A DNA stretch of 64,000 bases from NCBI GenBank assembly GCA_963707215.1, contig CAVPPB010000003.1, positions 64,001 through 128,000 on the forward strand. Direction: 5' to 3'. Below, one piece after another: positions 17,007 to 26,617 of this stretch (position 1 is the stretch's first letter; every line of letters starts with the position of its first letter). Origin of the DNA: an uncultured Chloroflexia bacterium. Its GTDB lineage: Bacteria; Chloroflexota; Limnocylindria; Limnocylindrales; CSP1-4. Under the pieces are notes generated by a model. It ran no database searches and was not told the origin of the DNA. It was given only the letters and a program-made list of their open reading frames with translations. The position numbers and the translations under genes are program-made.

Positions 17007-18899
17007 TCAGCCGGCGGCAGGCTCCAGACGCCGGTCCCGGACCTCCTCCGCGAGCTCGTCGGCGAGCGTCTCCCAGGCCACGCCGGGCTCCTGGCTGCCG
17101 CTTCGGCGTCGGACCGCCACCGTCCGCGCCTCGACCTCTCTGTCGCCGAGGACGAGCATCAGCGGGACCTTCTGCTCCTGGGCCAGGCGGATCTTGTTCT
17201 GCATCCGCCCGTCTGAGGAATCGACCTCGACACGCAGGCCCCGCTGACGCAGCAACTCAGCCAGCTGTCCGGCCGGCTCCAGGTGGCGGTCGGCGATCGG
17301 GATCACGACGGCCTGGACCGGAGCCAGCCAGAGGGGGAACGCCCCGCCGAAGTGCTCGACGAGGATGCCGATGAAGCGCTCGAGCGATCCATAGATGGCG
17401 CGGTGGATCGCGATGGGTCGCTGCTCCTTGCCCTCCTCGTCGATGTAGGTCAGGTCGAACCGCTCCGGGAGCATCGTGAGATCGGCCTGGATGGTCGCGC
17501 ATTGCCACTCCCGACCGAGGGCGTCATCCACGTAGATGTCGATCTTCGGGGCATAGAAGGTCCCGTCCTTCGGCTTGACGACGTAGGGCAACCCCGTTCG
17601 GTCGAGCGCCTCGTGGATGTACGCCTCGGCGCGATCCCAGAGCTCGACGTCGCCGACCGCCTTGTCGGGCCGGGTCGCGAAGGCCAGGCGCGGCGCAAGG
17701 CCGACCCAACCGTAGGCTTCGCGCACCTCTCCGAGCAGGGCCTCGATCTCGTCGCCGAGCTGGTCCGGACGGACGAAGACGTGGGCATCGTCCTGGATGA
17801 ACTGGCGGACGCGGGTGAGGCCCGACAGGACCCCGGAGCGCTCGTTCCGGTGCAGGCGGCCGTACTCGCTGAGGCGGAGGGGAAGGTCGCGATAGGAGCG
17901 CAGCCTGGATCGGTAGATGAACGTCGATTCCGGGCAGTTCATGGGCTTCAGGCTGAAGGTCTGTCCCTCGACCTCTACCCGGAACATGTTGTCGTCGTAG
18001 TGGCCCCAGTGGCCCGACTGCTCCCAGAGCCGTCGATGGACCAAGATCGGGGTGCTCACCTCCTGGTAGCCGCGGCGGTCCTGCAGCTCGCGCATCGCCG
18101 TCTCGAGCGTCCGCCAGATCCGCTGGCCCTTCGGGTGCCAGAAGGCCGAGCCCGGCGCGACGTCGTGGAAGCTGTACAGGTCGAGCTGGACCCCGAGCCG
18201 CCGGTGGTCTCGCTTCCTCGCCTCCTCCCGACGCCAGAGGTAGAGGTCGAGCTCCTCCTGCGTTCGCCAGACCGTTCCGTAGATCCGCTGGAGCATCGGG
18301 CGGGTCTCGTCGCCGCGCCAGTACGCCCCGGCGACCGACAGGAGCTTGAACGGGCCGAGCTGGCCCGTGGAGGCGATGTGGGGTCCCTTGCAGAGATCGA
18401 TGAACAGACCGTGCTCGTAGAAGGTCGTGATCGGCGGGGCTGTACCTTCTTCGTGGGCCCGGGCCGCCAGGTCGTCCAGGATCTCGACCTTGAGCGACTG
18501 GCCGGCCGCATCGACGAGGGACCTGGCCTCGTCGAACGGTACCTCTCGGCGGACGAAGGGATGGTCCGCACCCACGCTGTCCGCCATCCGTGCCTCGATC
18601 GCCGACAGGTCGTCCGGCGTCAGCGGACGTGGCAGGTCGAAGTCGTAGTAGAACCCGTCCATGATGGCCGGCCCGATCCCGAGGCGGGCACCCGGGAACA
18701 GGTCGAGCACCGCCTCGGCCATGACGTGAGCCGCCGAGTGGCGCATGGGTCCGAGCTCGTCGGTCGCGCCGGCATCGAGGAGCTCCTCGGCGCTGCCGCG
18801 CTCGGATGCATCCTCGAGGACCTCCACCGAGTCGACACCATTGACAGACCCACCGCCACCGGACGCCACCGCCGGTGCCTCGCCTTCCGAGTTCATCAC
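17007..18899 (-). CDS. thrS: Threonine--tRNA ligase
   Basis: RHSAAH, GFYYDF, DLCKGPH, RDHRRLG, KPMNCP, GLTRVR.F.QDDAH, HRAI.GS.ERF. Start uncertain (18926, 18899 or 18896). Confidence 0.96.
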   Translation of the reverse strand: MMNSEGEAPAVASGGGGSVNGVDSVEVLEDASERGSAEELLDAGATDELGPMRHSAAHVMAEAVLDLFPGARLGIGPAIMDGFYYDFDLPRPLTPDDLSAIEARMADSVGADHPFVRREVPFDEARSLVDAAGQSLKVEILDDLAARAHEEGTAPPITTFYEHGLFIDLCKGPHIASTGQLGPFKLLSVAGAYWRGDETRPMLQRIYGTVWRTQEELDLYLWRREEARKRDHRRLGVQLDLYSFHDVAPGSAFWHPKGQRIWRTLETAMRELQDRRGYQEVSTPILVHRRLWEQSGHWGHYDDNMFRVEVEGQTFSLKPMNCPESTFIYRSRLRSYRDLPLRLSEYGRLHRNERSGVLSGLTRVRQFIQDDAHVFVRPDQLGDEIEALLGEVREAYGWVGLAPRLAFATRPDKAVGDVELWDRAEAYIHEALDRTGLPYVVKPKDGTFYAPKIDIYVDDALGREWQCATIQADLTMLPERFDLTYIDEEGKEQRPIAIHRAIYGSLERFIGILVEHFGGAFPLWLAPVQAVVIPIADRHLEPAGQLAELLRQRGLRVEVDSSDGRMQNKIRLAQEQKVPLMLVLGDREVEARTVAVRRRSGSQEPGVAWETLADELAEEVRDRRLEPAAG

Positions 18900-18928
18900 G
18901 CCTCCTGCGCCGCTCTCGAGAATCACAC

Positions 18929-19152
18929 GACCTCCCGCCCGACAGGACGAGAGGTCGACTCCCGCGGTCCCACCCGCCTTCGCCGCCATGGGGCGGCGCG
19001 CTCGTTCGGTCGCGCTAACGGGCGACGCCCGGGCCGGTTCGCCGGCCGCTCACGGGTGGTGCCGATCCCGCGGGTGGTGCCGCCGGGCTTGCAGCCTTGG
19101 CCCGGCTCTCTGTCGGCTCCTCGCGATCGGCGCGTCCCGATCGACGCGTTCG
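18929..19152 (-). promoter_or_regulatory. T-box riboswitch with Thr specifier ACC
   Basis: Stem I with AGAGAG and GCUG boxes; ACC at 19058-19060 between helices GCCGATC/GATCGGC and CGGG/CCCG; T-box AAGGCGGG-UGGGACC-GCGG (bulge 18966-18972); 12-bp alternative hairpin at 18929-18956. Confidence 0.85.
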
Positions 19153-19159
19153 CTCTTCG

Positions 19160-19236
19160 TGGTGGGCGGTACAGGACTTGAACCTGTGACCTCATGCATG
19201 TCAAGCATGCGCTCTAACCAACTGAGCTAACCGCCC
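19160..19236 (-). tRNA. tRNA-Val(GAC)
   Basis: GGGCGGT acceptor stem, D-arm AGCTCAGTTGGTTAGAGC, anticodon arm CATGC-TTGACAT-GCATG, T-loop GGTTCAAGTCC, encoded CCA. Confidence 0.97.
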
Positions 19237-19249
19237 ACGTGCGGGCGGC

Positions 19250-19255
19250 AGTATA
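19250..19255 (-). promoter_or_regulatory. -10 element for the tRNA-Val / T-box / thrS transcript
   Basis: TATACT 13 nt upstream of the tRNA 5' end. Confidence 0.55.
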
Positions 19256-19350
19256 GCGCAGGCGTGTGGGTGGCCCCGTGGCCGCCGGACCTCGAACGCC
19301 GATCCGAAACCCGGCGCCCCCGGTCGATCGTGGGGCGCTAGGCTTGGCCG

Positions 19351-20775
19351 ATGAGCGCCACGAACGGTCGGCGAGCGGGCTCGACCGATCCCGTCACGAC
19401 GGACCACGTCTACTGGCTGTCGCGGGCGCCCGCCGACCGGCGACCGGCCCTGGTCGGTACCGTCGCGGCGGACGTCGCGATCGTCGGGGCAGGGTTCACC
19501 GGTCTCTGGACCGCCATCCACCTCCTCGAGACCGATCCTTCTCTGCGAGTCGTCGTCGTCGAGCAGGGAACGGTCGGCTTCGGTGCCTCGGGCCGGAATG
19601 GTGGCTTCTGTGCTGCCAGCCTCACCCACGGGCTCGCCAATGGCCTCCGTCACTTCCCCGACGAGATCGCGATCCTGGAGGCCGAAGGGCGACGGAACCT
19701 TCGCGAGCTGGTCGCATTCGTCCGGGATCACGGGGTCGACTGCCACCTCGAAGAGACCGGGACCCTGGATGTCGCCACCCAGCCGTGGCAGGTCGAACAC
19801 CTCCACGAGGCTGCCGAGGCGGCCGCCCGCTACGGTGACTCGCCGGTGTTCCTCGATCGCGACGCTGTTCGGGCCGCCCTCGACTCGCCGACCTACCTCG
19901 CCGGCATCCGCTTCCCGCCCAGCCACACCGTCATGGTCGATCCGGCCGCCCTGTGTCGCGGTCTGGCCAGAGTGGCGACGGAGATGGGGGCGACCATCTT
20001 CGAGGGCACGACCGTCACCGGCGTGGGTGCGACCGACGAGACGGCGCGCCTCATCACCTCCGACGTACACGGCACCCAGGGCAGCATCGTGGCCGATCGG
20101 GTCGTCGCCGCCACGTCGGCCTACGTCGGCTGGTATCCCCCACTCCGGCGGGTCGCCGTCCCCGTGTACGACTACGTCATCGTGTCCGATCCGCTGACCC
20201 CCGACCAGATGCAGGAGATCGGCTGGAGGGGCCGCGAGGGGGCGTCCGACTCCGGCAACCGCTTCCACTACTTCCGGCTCACGGCCGACGACCGGATCCT
20301 GTGGGGTGGCTACGACGCGATCTACCACTTCGGCAGCCGGGTCGATCCGGAGCTCGACCAGCGCCCGGCTACGTTCGCGACCCTCGAGTCGAACTTCCGG
20401 ACGATGTTCCCCCAGCTCGCCGACCTGCGGTTCCCCTACCGATGGGGCGGGGCAATCGACACCAGCGCCCGGTTCCACGTGACCTTCGGTCGTGGTCTTG
20501 GCGACCGTCTCATCTACGCGATCGGCTACACCGGGCTCGGTGTGGGTGCCTCGCGGTGGGCCGGGGGGATCGTTCGCGACATGCTCCTGCGGCCGGACTC
20601 CGAGCTGCTCCGTCTCAGGTTCGTCCGACGCCGACCCTTCCCGTGGCCGCCGGAACCCATCCGATCGATCGGCATCCGCTGGGTCCAGCGCGACCTGGCG
20701 CGGGCCGACGAGACGGGACGACGCAGTCTCGCGCTCCGCGTCCTCGACGCCCTCGGCATCGGGTTCGACAGCTGA
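19351..20775 (+). CDS. FAD-dependent oxidoreductase (DAO family, PuuB/OrdL-like)
   Basis: DVAIVGAGFTGL, GASGRNGG, YFRLT.D.RILWGG, GY.G.GV. Confidence 0.85.
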   Translation: MSATNGRRAGSTDPVTTDHVYWLSRAPADRRPALVGTVAADVAIVGAGFTGLWTAIHLLETDPSLRVVVVEQGTVGFGASGRNGGFCAASLTHGLANGLRHFPDEIAILEAEGRRNLRELVAFVRDHGVDCHLEETGTLDVATQPWQVEHLHEAAEAAARYGDSPVFLDRDAVRAALDSPTYLAGIRFPPSHTVMVDPAALCRGLARVATEMGATIFEGTTVTGVGATDETARLITSDVHGTQGSIVADRVVAATSAYVGWYPPLRRVAVPVYDYVIVSDPLTPDQMQEIGWRGREGASDSGNRFHYFRLTADDRILWGGYDAIYHFGSRVDPELDQRPATFATLESNFRTMFPQLADLRFPYRWGGAIDTSARFHVTFGRGLGDRLIYAIGYTGLGVGASRWAGGIVRDMLLRPDSELLRLRFVRRRPFPWPPEPIRSIGIRWVQRDLARADETGRRSLALRVLDALGIGFDS

Positions 20776-20777
20776 GG

Positions 20778-21692
20778 ATGGCGCCGATCCGCCCGGCTCG
20801 CCAAGCACCCACCTGGGAGTCTCCCTCCGGCGCCGCCGCGGTGGTCGCGCCGGGCACGGGCTATGAGCTGATCGACGCTGGGGCGGGCCGACGCCTGGAG
20901 CGCTTCGGCCGCTACCTGGTGGACCGGCCCGCGACGACCGCGACGGCGCCCGTCCTCCGTCCCGACGCCTGGCTCGACTCCGATCTCAGGTTCGATCGGG
21001 ACTCCGGCTGGGTGTCGCTGAACGACGGACCGATCGAGCCATGGACGGTGCGACTCGAGGGTCTCACCCTCGAGCTGCGACCGACCGCGTCCGGCCAGGT
21101 GGGCATCTTCCCGGACCATCTGGCGTCGCTGCCCTGGCTCGCCGACCGGACCTCGGAGGCCATCGTGCGGCACGGTGGGACACCGGAGGTCCTCAACCTC
21201 TTCGCCTCGACGGGGCTGGCGACCCTCGCCCTCGCTCGCGCCGGCGCCGCCGTCGTCCACGTCGACGCCTCCCGCCCGACGGTCCGCTGGGCCCGGTCGA
21301 ACGCCACCGCCTCCGGCCTCGCCGACCGGTCGATCCGCTGGATCGTGGAGGACGCGAGGGCGTTCTGCCGCCGCGAGGTCCGACGAGGCCGTCGATACGC
21401 CATCGTCGTGCTCGACCCACCCAGCTACGGCCACGGGCCGACGGGACGTGGCCGCCGCATCGAGGACGACCTCGGTGAGCTCCTGGCCCTAGTCGCCGCC
21501 CTGCTGGGGCCCGACGGCGCGCTTCTCGTCACCTCGCACACACCGGGCCTGACCGCCGATCGGCTCAGCCGCCTGACGGGCCACGCCCTCGGTGAGCACG
21601 CGACCCTCGAGGGCGGCGTCCTGGATATCCGCGCCCGCAGCGGCGCACGGCTCCAGCTCGGCGCATTCGCTCGCACGACGAGACGCGGGTGA
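20778..21692 (+). CDS. SAM-dependent methyltransferase (RlmI/RlmK-like RNA methyltransferase)
   Basis: YELID.G.GRRLERFG, GIFPDH, VLNLFA.TG, HVDAS, LDPPSYG; adjacent to trmH-like gene. Confidence 0.82.
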   Translation: MAPIRPARQAPTWESPSGAAAVVAPGTGYELIDAGAGRRLERFGRYLVDRPATTATAPVLRPDAWLDSDLRFDRDSGWVSLNDGPIEPWTVRLEGLTLELRPTASGQVGIFPDHLASLPWLADRTSEAIVRHGGTPEVLNLFASTGLATLALARAGAAVVHVDASRPTVRWARSNATASGLADRSIRWIVEDARAFCRREVRRGRRYAIVVLDPPSYGHGPTGRGRRIEDDLGELLALVAALLGPDGALLVTSHTPGLTADRLSRLTGHALGEHATLEGGVLDIRARSGARLQLGAFARTTRRG

Positions 21693-22505
21693 CCGCCGGG
21701 CCGATCTCCAGCGCGGCCAATCCGCGGGTCCGTGCCGTGGCCCGACTGCGGGAGCGACGCGAGCGGAATCGCACCGGCCTGACCCTGCTCGACGGCCCAC
21801 ATGAGATCCGCCGGGCCCTCGGAGAGCGGCCTGGCCTTCCGCGAGATCCTGGTCTCGCCCCGGGCCGATCCGTCGTTGGTCGCCGAGCTGGTCCGCGCCG
21901 GCTTGCCACTGGTCGCCATCTCGGAGGCCATCGGCGCCCGGATCGGCTATGGCGAGCGCGACAGCGGCCTCGTCGCCGTGGTGGCGACGCCGCCCACGGA
22001 CCTCGGTCGCCTCGAGCCCCCCTCCCCTGCCCTCATCGTCGTCGCCGAGGCTGTCGAGAAGCCGGGCAACCTCGGAGCGATCACGCGCAGTGCGGACGCC
22101 GCCGGGGCCGACGCCGTGATCGCGGCCGACCCGCGGACCGATCCCTTCAACCCGAACGCGATCCGGGCCAGCCTTGGCTCGGTCCTCACCCTCCCGCTGG
22201 CGATCGCCCCGAGCAGGACGGTCCTGGCCTGGCTCCACGAACGTCGGATCCGCCCCATCGCCGCACGGGTCGACGCAGAGGTCGTGTACACCGCCATCGA
22301 CCTCCGCGGCCCGATCGCCATCGTCCTCGGGGCCGAGGACGTCGGCCTGTCAAGCGTGTGGCACGATCCCGGCGTCACGTCGGTCCGTCTCCCCATGCAC
22401 GGGATCGTGGACAGCCTCAACGTCTCGGTCGCGGCCGCCGTGCTCCTGTACGAAGCTCGTCGCCAGCGCGACGCCGCACGGGCCCCGGCGTCGACGCGTG
22501 AGTGA
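21689..22505 (+). pseudogene. TrmH/SpoU family RNA methyltransferase, frameshifted at about 21821
   Basis: N-terminus ISSAANPRV...LLDG.HEI in one frame; SPOUT motifs EKPGNLGAI.RSADAAG, LGAED.GL, DSLNVS in the +1 frame. Removing one G at 21821-21822 gives a 271-aa protein. Confidence 0.8.
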
Positions 22506-22557
22506 CATGACACCAGGCAAGCCAGGACCGGCCCTGCCCATCACACGGAGGTCGTCG

Positions 22558-23928
22558 ATGGACGCCTATGACTTCGCGATCATCGGCGCTGGACCCGCCG
22601 GAGAGGCCGCCGCGCACATGGCCCGCGAGCTCAGGGCATCGGTCGCCATCGTCGACCGGGGCTGGTTCGGCGGGTCGTGCCCGCACATCGGCTGCATGCC
22701 CTCGAAGGCGCTCGTCCATGCCGCATCGCGACATCAAGCTGATCCGGCCGGGTACGACTGGAGCCGGGCGTCACGGTTCCGCGACTGGATGGTCAACCGG
22801 CCGCCGGACGCCCAGGAGCCGGACGATGCACCGCACGTCGATGCCCTGCAGCGGGCCGGCGCCACGGTCGTCCGGGGCTCGGCTCGGATCACTGGCCGGG
22901 GCGTCATCGAGGTCGCGGCGCCGGACGGGCCGCTCCGGATCGGTGCTCGCAATGTCGTCGTCGCCGTCGGTTCGACCTCGAGCATCCCTGCCATCCCCGG
23001 CCTGGCGGACGCGGCGCCATGGACGAATTGCGAGGCGACCCTGGCCCGCAGCCTGCCGCGAAGCCTCGTCGTCCTGGGCGGGGGTCCCACGGCCTGCGAG
23101 CTCGCCCAGGTCTTCGCCCGGTTCGGTGTGCCCGTCGCACTGGCCCAGTCTCGCGATCGCCTGCTGCCCAGCGATCATCCACGCAATGCCGACGTCGCCC
23201 TCGAGGCCCTGCGAGGCGACGGGGTCGATGTGCGCCTCGGTGCGCGGGCCGAGGCTGTGGCCGCGCGAGCCGGTGCCGGGGGCGCCCACCGGGTCACCCT
23301 CGCCGACGGCTCCACCGTCGAGGGGCACGAGATCCTGCTCGCCATCGGCCGCGACCTCCCGGTCGAGGACCTCGGGCTCGAGAACTACGGCCTCGACCCG
23401 ATGGGGAAAGCGGGCCTGCCTCGTGATGGGACATTGAACCTGGCCGACGGCCTCTGGGTGGCCGGCGACGTCGCCGGTCCGGAGCTCCACACCCACCAGG
23501 GTCACTACCAAGGCGAGATGCTGGTGCGGATGGCCCTCGGCGAAGGTGTCCGGCCGGACTACCGAGCCCTCCCGCGTGCTACGTACACCGATCCGGAGCT
23601 TGCCTTCGTCGGCCTGACCCTCGACCAGGCCCGCGATGCGGGGCTCGACGCTTTCGAGGTCTCCGCGGACCTGGCCGCCAGCGCTCGCGGCTCCACCATC
23701 GAGGCGCAGCTCGGCCACGCCAGCATCATCGTGGATCGTTCCACCCGGACGCTGGCCGGGGCCGCCATCGCGGCGCCCGACGGGGCGGCCGCGCTCCACG
23801 AGTGCGTCCTCGCCATCAGGGCCCGGGTCCCGATGGAGGTCCTCGCGGACACGATCCACGCCTTCCCGTCGACATCGCGCATCTTCAACGGGCTCTTCAC
23901 CGAGGCCCGGCGGCGACTGGCAGGGTAG
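22558..23928 (+). CDS. Class I pyridine nucleotide-disulfide oxidoreductase (Lpd/MerA-like)
   Basis: IIGAGPAG, GGSCPHIGCMPSK redox disulfide, LGGG..ACE, AGDV, TYTDPE, HAFPS; GGAGG SD. Confidence 0.88.
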   Translation: MDAYDFAIIGAGPAGEAAAHMARELRASVAIVDRGWFGGSCPHIGCMPSKALVHAASRHQADPAGYDWSRASRFRDWMVNRPPDAQEPDDAPHVDALQRAGATVVRGSARITGRGVIEVAAPDGPLRIGARNVVVAVGSTSSIPAIPGLADAAPWTNCEATLARSLPRSLVVLGGGPTACELAQVFARFGVPVALAQSRDRLLPSDHPRNADVALEALRGDGVDVRLGARAEAVAARAGAGGAHRVTLADGSTVEGHEILLAIGRDLPVEDLGLENYGLDPMGKAGLPRDGTLNLADGLWVAGDVAGPELHTHQGHYQGEMLVRMALGEGVRPDYRALPRATYTDPELAFVGLTLDQARDAGLDAFEVSADLAASARGSTIEAQLGHASIIVDRSTRTLAGAAIAAPDGAAALHECVLAIRARVPMEVLADTIHAFPSTSRIFNGLFTEARRRLAG

Positions 23929-23955
23929 GCCCCGGTCGGCTGGTGCGGCGAACGG

Positions 23956-25638
23956 TCAGTGCTCGATGACCACGCGCCCGGCGACGATCACGAGCCGGGG
24001 GCGACAGCGTCCGAGCGGTCCGGCCGGCACGACATCCGGCGCCAGCGCCTCGACCGGAACGACGATGATGTCGGCCCGCATCCCCGGCGCAAGGGAGCCT
24101 CGGTCCACCTCTCCGGCGCTCATGGGCGCATCGACGCAGGCCGCCCGGAAGGCCCTGGGCAGGTCGAGGCCCTGTCCGGGCCCGAGGCTCGGCCAGCCGC
24201 CCTCCGGACGCAGACCATCGCCGACGGCGGCCCGGGTGACCGCGATCTCGATGCCGGGCCAGGGCTCCCAGGGCTCGACCGGGGCATCGCTCCCGAAGGG
24301 CAGCAGGGCGCCGCTGTCGGCGAGCGCTCGCCACGGGTAGCCGGATCGCTCGGCCCGGACGCCCCAGGCTGCCGCCGCGGTCGGCAGATCGGAGCGAAGG
24401 TGGATCGGCTGCACCGAGGCGGCGATGCCCGAGGCCGCGAACCTCCCGAGGTCGGCAGGGTGGACCAGCTGGACGTGTTCGACGCGCGGCTGGACCGGGC
24501 TGGTCCCGGCCGTCGGCTCCAGCGCGTCGAGCGCAGCCCGGATCGCACCATCGCCGATGGCATGGATCTGCGACGCGATCCCTGCGTCGGCAGCTCGGGC
24601 GGCCAGGCGCTTGAGCTCCCCCGGGGGGGTCAGGAAGATCCCGCGCCCGTCACCCGGGGCAGCCAGCCCGCCCGCAGCGCTGTCAAAGGGCTCGAGCATG
24701 GCTGCGGTCCGCGAGCCGAGCGTCCCGTCAGCGAACAGCTTGAGCCAGCCGACCCGCACACCGGCCTCGCCGGGTCCGATGGCCGCGCCGCTTCGGAGAC
24801 CGAGGTCGATGGCCGACTCGAGTGCTTCCTGGCGGACGGAGACGTCGATCCGGATCCCGGTCCGACCGATCTCGGCAAGCCGCCGGTAGGCCGGCAGGCC
24901 GATCTCGAGGTCGGCGTCCGGCACGACGCTTCCAGGGTCCTGGACGGCGACGATCCCCGCCTCCAGGAGTCGCCCTGACAGGCGCTCGATCGCCTCCACG
25001 AGCCGATCGACGGTCGGTGGTGGGATGAGGGTCGAGACGAGCCTGGCGGCAGTCTCGTGGAGGACCCCGCTCGGGCGGCCGTGGGGCCCCCGGCGGATCA
25101 GGCCGCCGGCCGGGTCGCCGGTGCCCTCGCTCACGCCAGCGGCGTCCAACGCGGCGTGACTCACCCACAGCGCGTGGTGGTCGTGGGCCCAGATCGCAAC
25201 GAGGCGCCGGGGCGCGACGCGTTCCAGAGCGTCGGCCGTCGGCCAGCCGCCCCATCGATCGGCGTCCCAGCCGTGTCCCTCCAGCCAGAGGCTCGGGGGA
25301 CTGTCGACCGCGTGTGCCCGGAGCCGCTGAAGGCCATCCTCGATGTCGACCGCCTCGGAGAGGTCGACGTGCTCAGCGGCGATGGCCGCATCGGCAAGGT
25401 GGAGATGAGCGTCCGTCAGGCCGGGCATCGCAGCCAGGTCAGGCGGCAGGTCGATGTGCCTCGTGCGGCGGCCGGTCAGGGACTCGACCTCGCTCCTACC
25501 GCCGGCGGCGACGATCCGGTCGCCGGAGATCGCGACAGCCTCGACCCAGCCCATCCCGGTCGGCCCGCGGAGGGTCGCGATTCGTCCGGTGATGACCAGC
25601 GACGGGGTCCCGAGCCCGGCCAGCCTGCCGTCGCTCAA
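23956..25638 (-). CDS. Amidohydrolase family 3 (YtcJ-like)
   Basis: PGLTDAHLH, KLFADGTLGSRTA, HAIGD, RVEH, GSDAPV. Confidence 0.88.
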   Translation of the reverse strand: MSDGRLAGLGTPSLVITGRIATLRGPTGMGWVEAVAISGDRIVAAGGRSEVESLTGRRTRHIDLPPDLAAMPGLTDAHLHLADAAIAAEHVDLSEAVDIEDGLQRLRAHAVDSPPSLWLEGHGWDADRWGGWPTADALERVAPRRLVAIWAHDHHALWVSHAALDAAGVSEGTGDPAGGLIRRGPHGRPSGVLHETAARLVSTLIPPPTVDRLVEAIERLSGRLLEAGIVAVQDPGSVVPDADLEIGLPAYRRLAEIGRTGIRIDVSVRQEALESAIDLGLRSGAAIGPGEAGVRVGWLKLFADGTLGSRTAAMLEPFDSAAGGLAAPGDGRGIFLTPPGELKRLAARAADAGIASQIHAIGDGAIRAALDALEPTAGTSPVQPRVEHVQLVHPADLGRFAASGIAASVQPIHLRSDLPTAAAAWGVRAERSGYPWRALADSGALLPFGSDAPVEPWEPWPGIEIAVTRAAVGDGLRPEGGWPSLGPGQGLDLPRAFRAACVDAPMSAGEVDRGSLAPGMRADIIVVPVEALAPDVVPAGPLGRCRPRLVIVAGRVVIEH

Positions 25639-26615
25639 GCGGGATCAGCGAGCAGTTCGGCCAGGCCGTCCCGGCCGAGGCCCGCGCCGAGACCGAGGGC
25701 CAGCGCCACTCGCGCCTTGGGCCCCGAGAGCGAGCCGGCGAGGAGCGCCCCCGCGCGGACCCAGGTCGCCCCGCCGCCGTCGAACGCATACGCCGTGCCG
25801 GCCCGACCGGCCAGGCAGCGGGAGGCGAGCACGACGGGCAGCCCCTCGGCGATGGCCAGCGTCCCCGCCCAGAGCAGCTCGGCCGACGTGTTCCCGGAAC
25901 CGGTCGCGGCGATCACGAAGCCATCGGCACCGACTCGCAGCGCCGCCTCGAGGAGCGCGCCGTCCATGCCGACGGTCGCGGTGATGAGGTGGACTCGTTC
26001 GGCGGCCCGCTCGACCGCGATGGACCGGCGGGCGGATCTTCTGCGGCTCACGACCACCCGGTCCCCGTCGATGACACCGACCGGCCCGAGGTTCGGGCTC
26101 TGGAAGGTCGTCAGCGACGTGGAATGGGTCTTGACGACATCGTCGGCCGGGTGGATCGACCCGGCCATCACGACGACCGTTCCCGTCCCGGCCAGGGCCG
26201 GCTCGGCCGCGCAACGGACCGCGTCGAGCAGGTTGGCCGGGCCGTCGTAGCCCGGCTGCGACGCACTCCGCATCGCACCGGTAACCACGACGGGCTTCGG
26301 CGAGTCGATCACGAGGTCGAACAGGAAGCTCGTCTCCTCGATCGTGTCGGTGCCCTGGACGATCACGGCGCCGACCGTCTCCGGGTCCTCGAGGGCCGCG
26401 CGGACCACGTCCGCGATCCCCAGCAACGTCGTCAGGCGGAAGTGGCTGGCGGGCGTCCGGCCGAGATCGATCGGGCGGATGTCCGCGACGCGATCCAGGC
26501 CATCGACGCGCGCAAGGAGCGCGTGGGCGTCGAGCGTCGGGACGTGGCCACCGGCCTCCGGGTCCACCGTCATGCTGATGGTCCCGCCGGTGAAGGCGAC
26601 GACGACCCGGGCCAT
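25635..26615 (-). CDS. Asparaginase/glutaminase family protein
   Basis: TGGTISM, QGTDT.EET, VVTGAMR, DGPANL, G.GN. Confidence 0.9.
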   Translation of the reverse strand: MARVVVAFTGGTISMTVDPEAGGHVPTLDAHALLARVDGLDRVADIRPIDLGRTPASHFRLTTLLGIADVVRAALEDPETVGAVIVQGTDTIEETSFLFDLVIDSPKPVVVTGAMRSASQPGYDGPANLLDAVRCAAEPALAGTGTVVVMAGSIHPADDVVKTHSTSLTTFQSPNLGPVGVIDGDRVVVSRRRSARRSIAVERAAERVHLITATVGMDGALLEAALRVGADGFVIAATGSGNTSAELLWAGTLAIAEGLPVVLASRCLAGRAGTAYAFDGGGATWVRAGALLAGSLSGPKARVALALGLGAGLGRDGLAELLADPA

Positions 26616-26617
26616 CG

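Noticed and set aside
22558-23928. Mercuric reductase (merA) call
   Set aside because: No C-terminal Cys pair, no HMA domain and no mer genes nearby.
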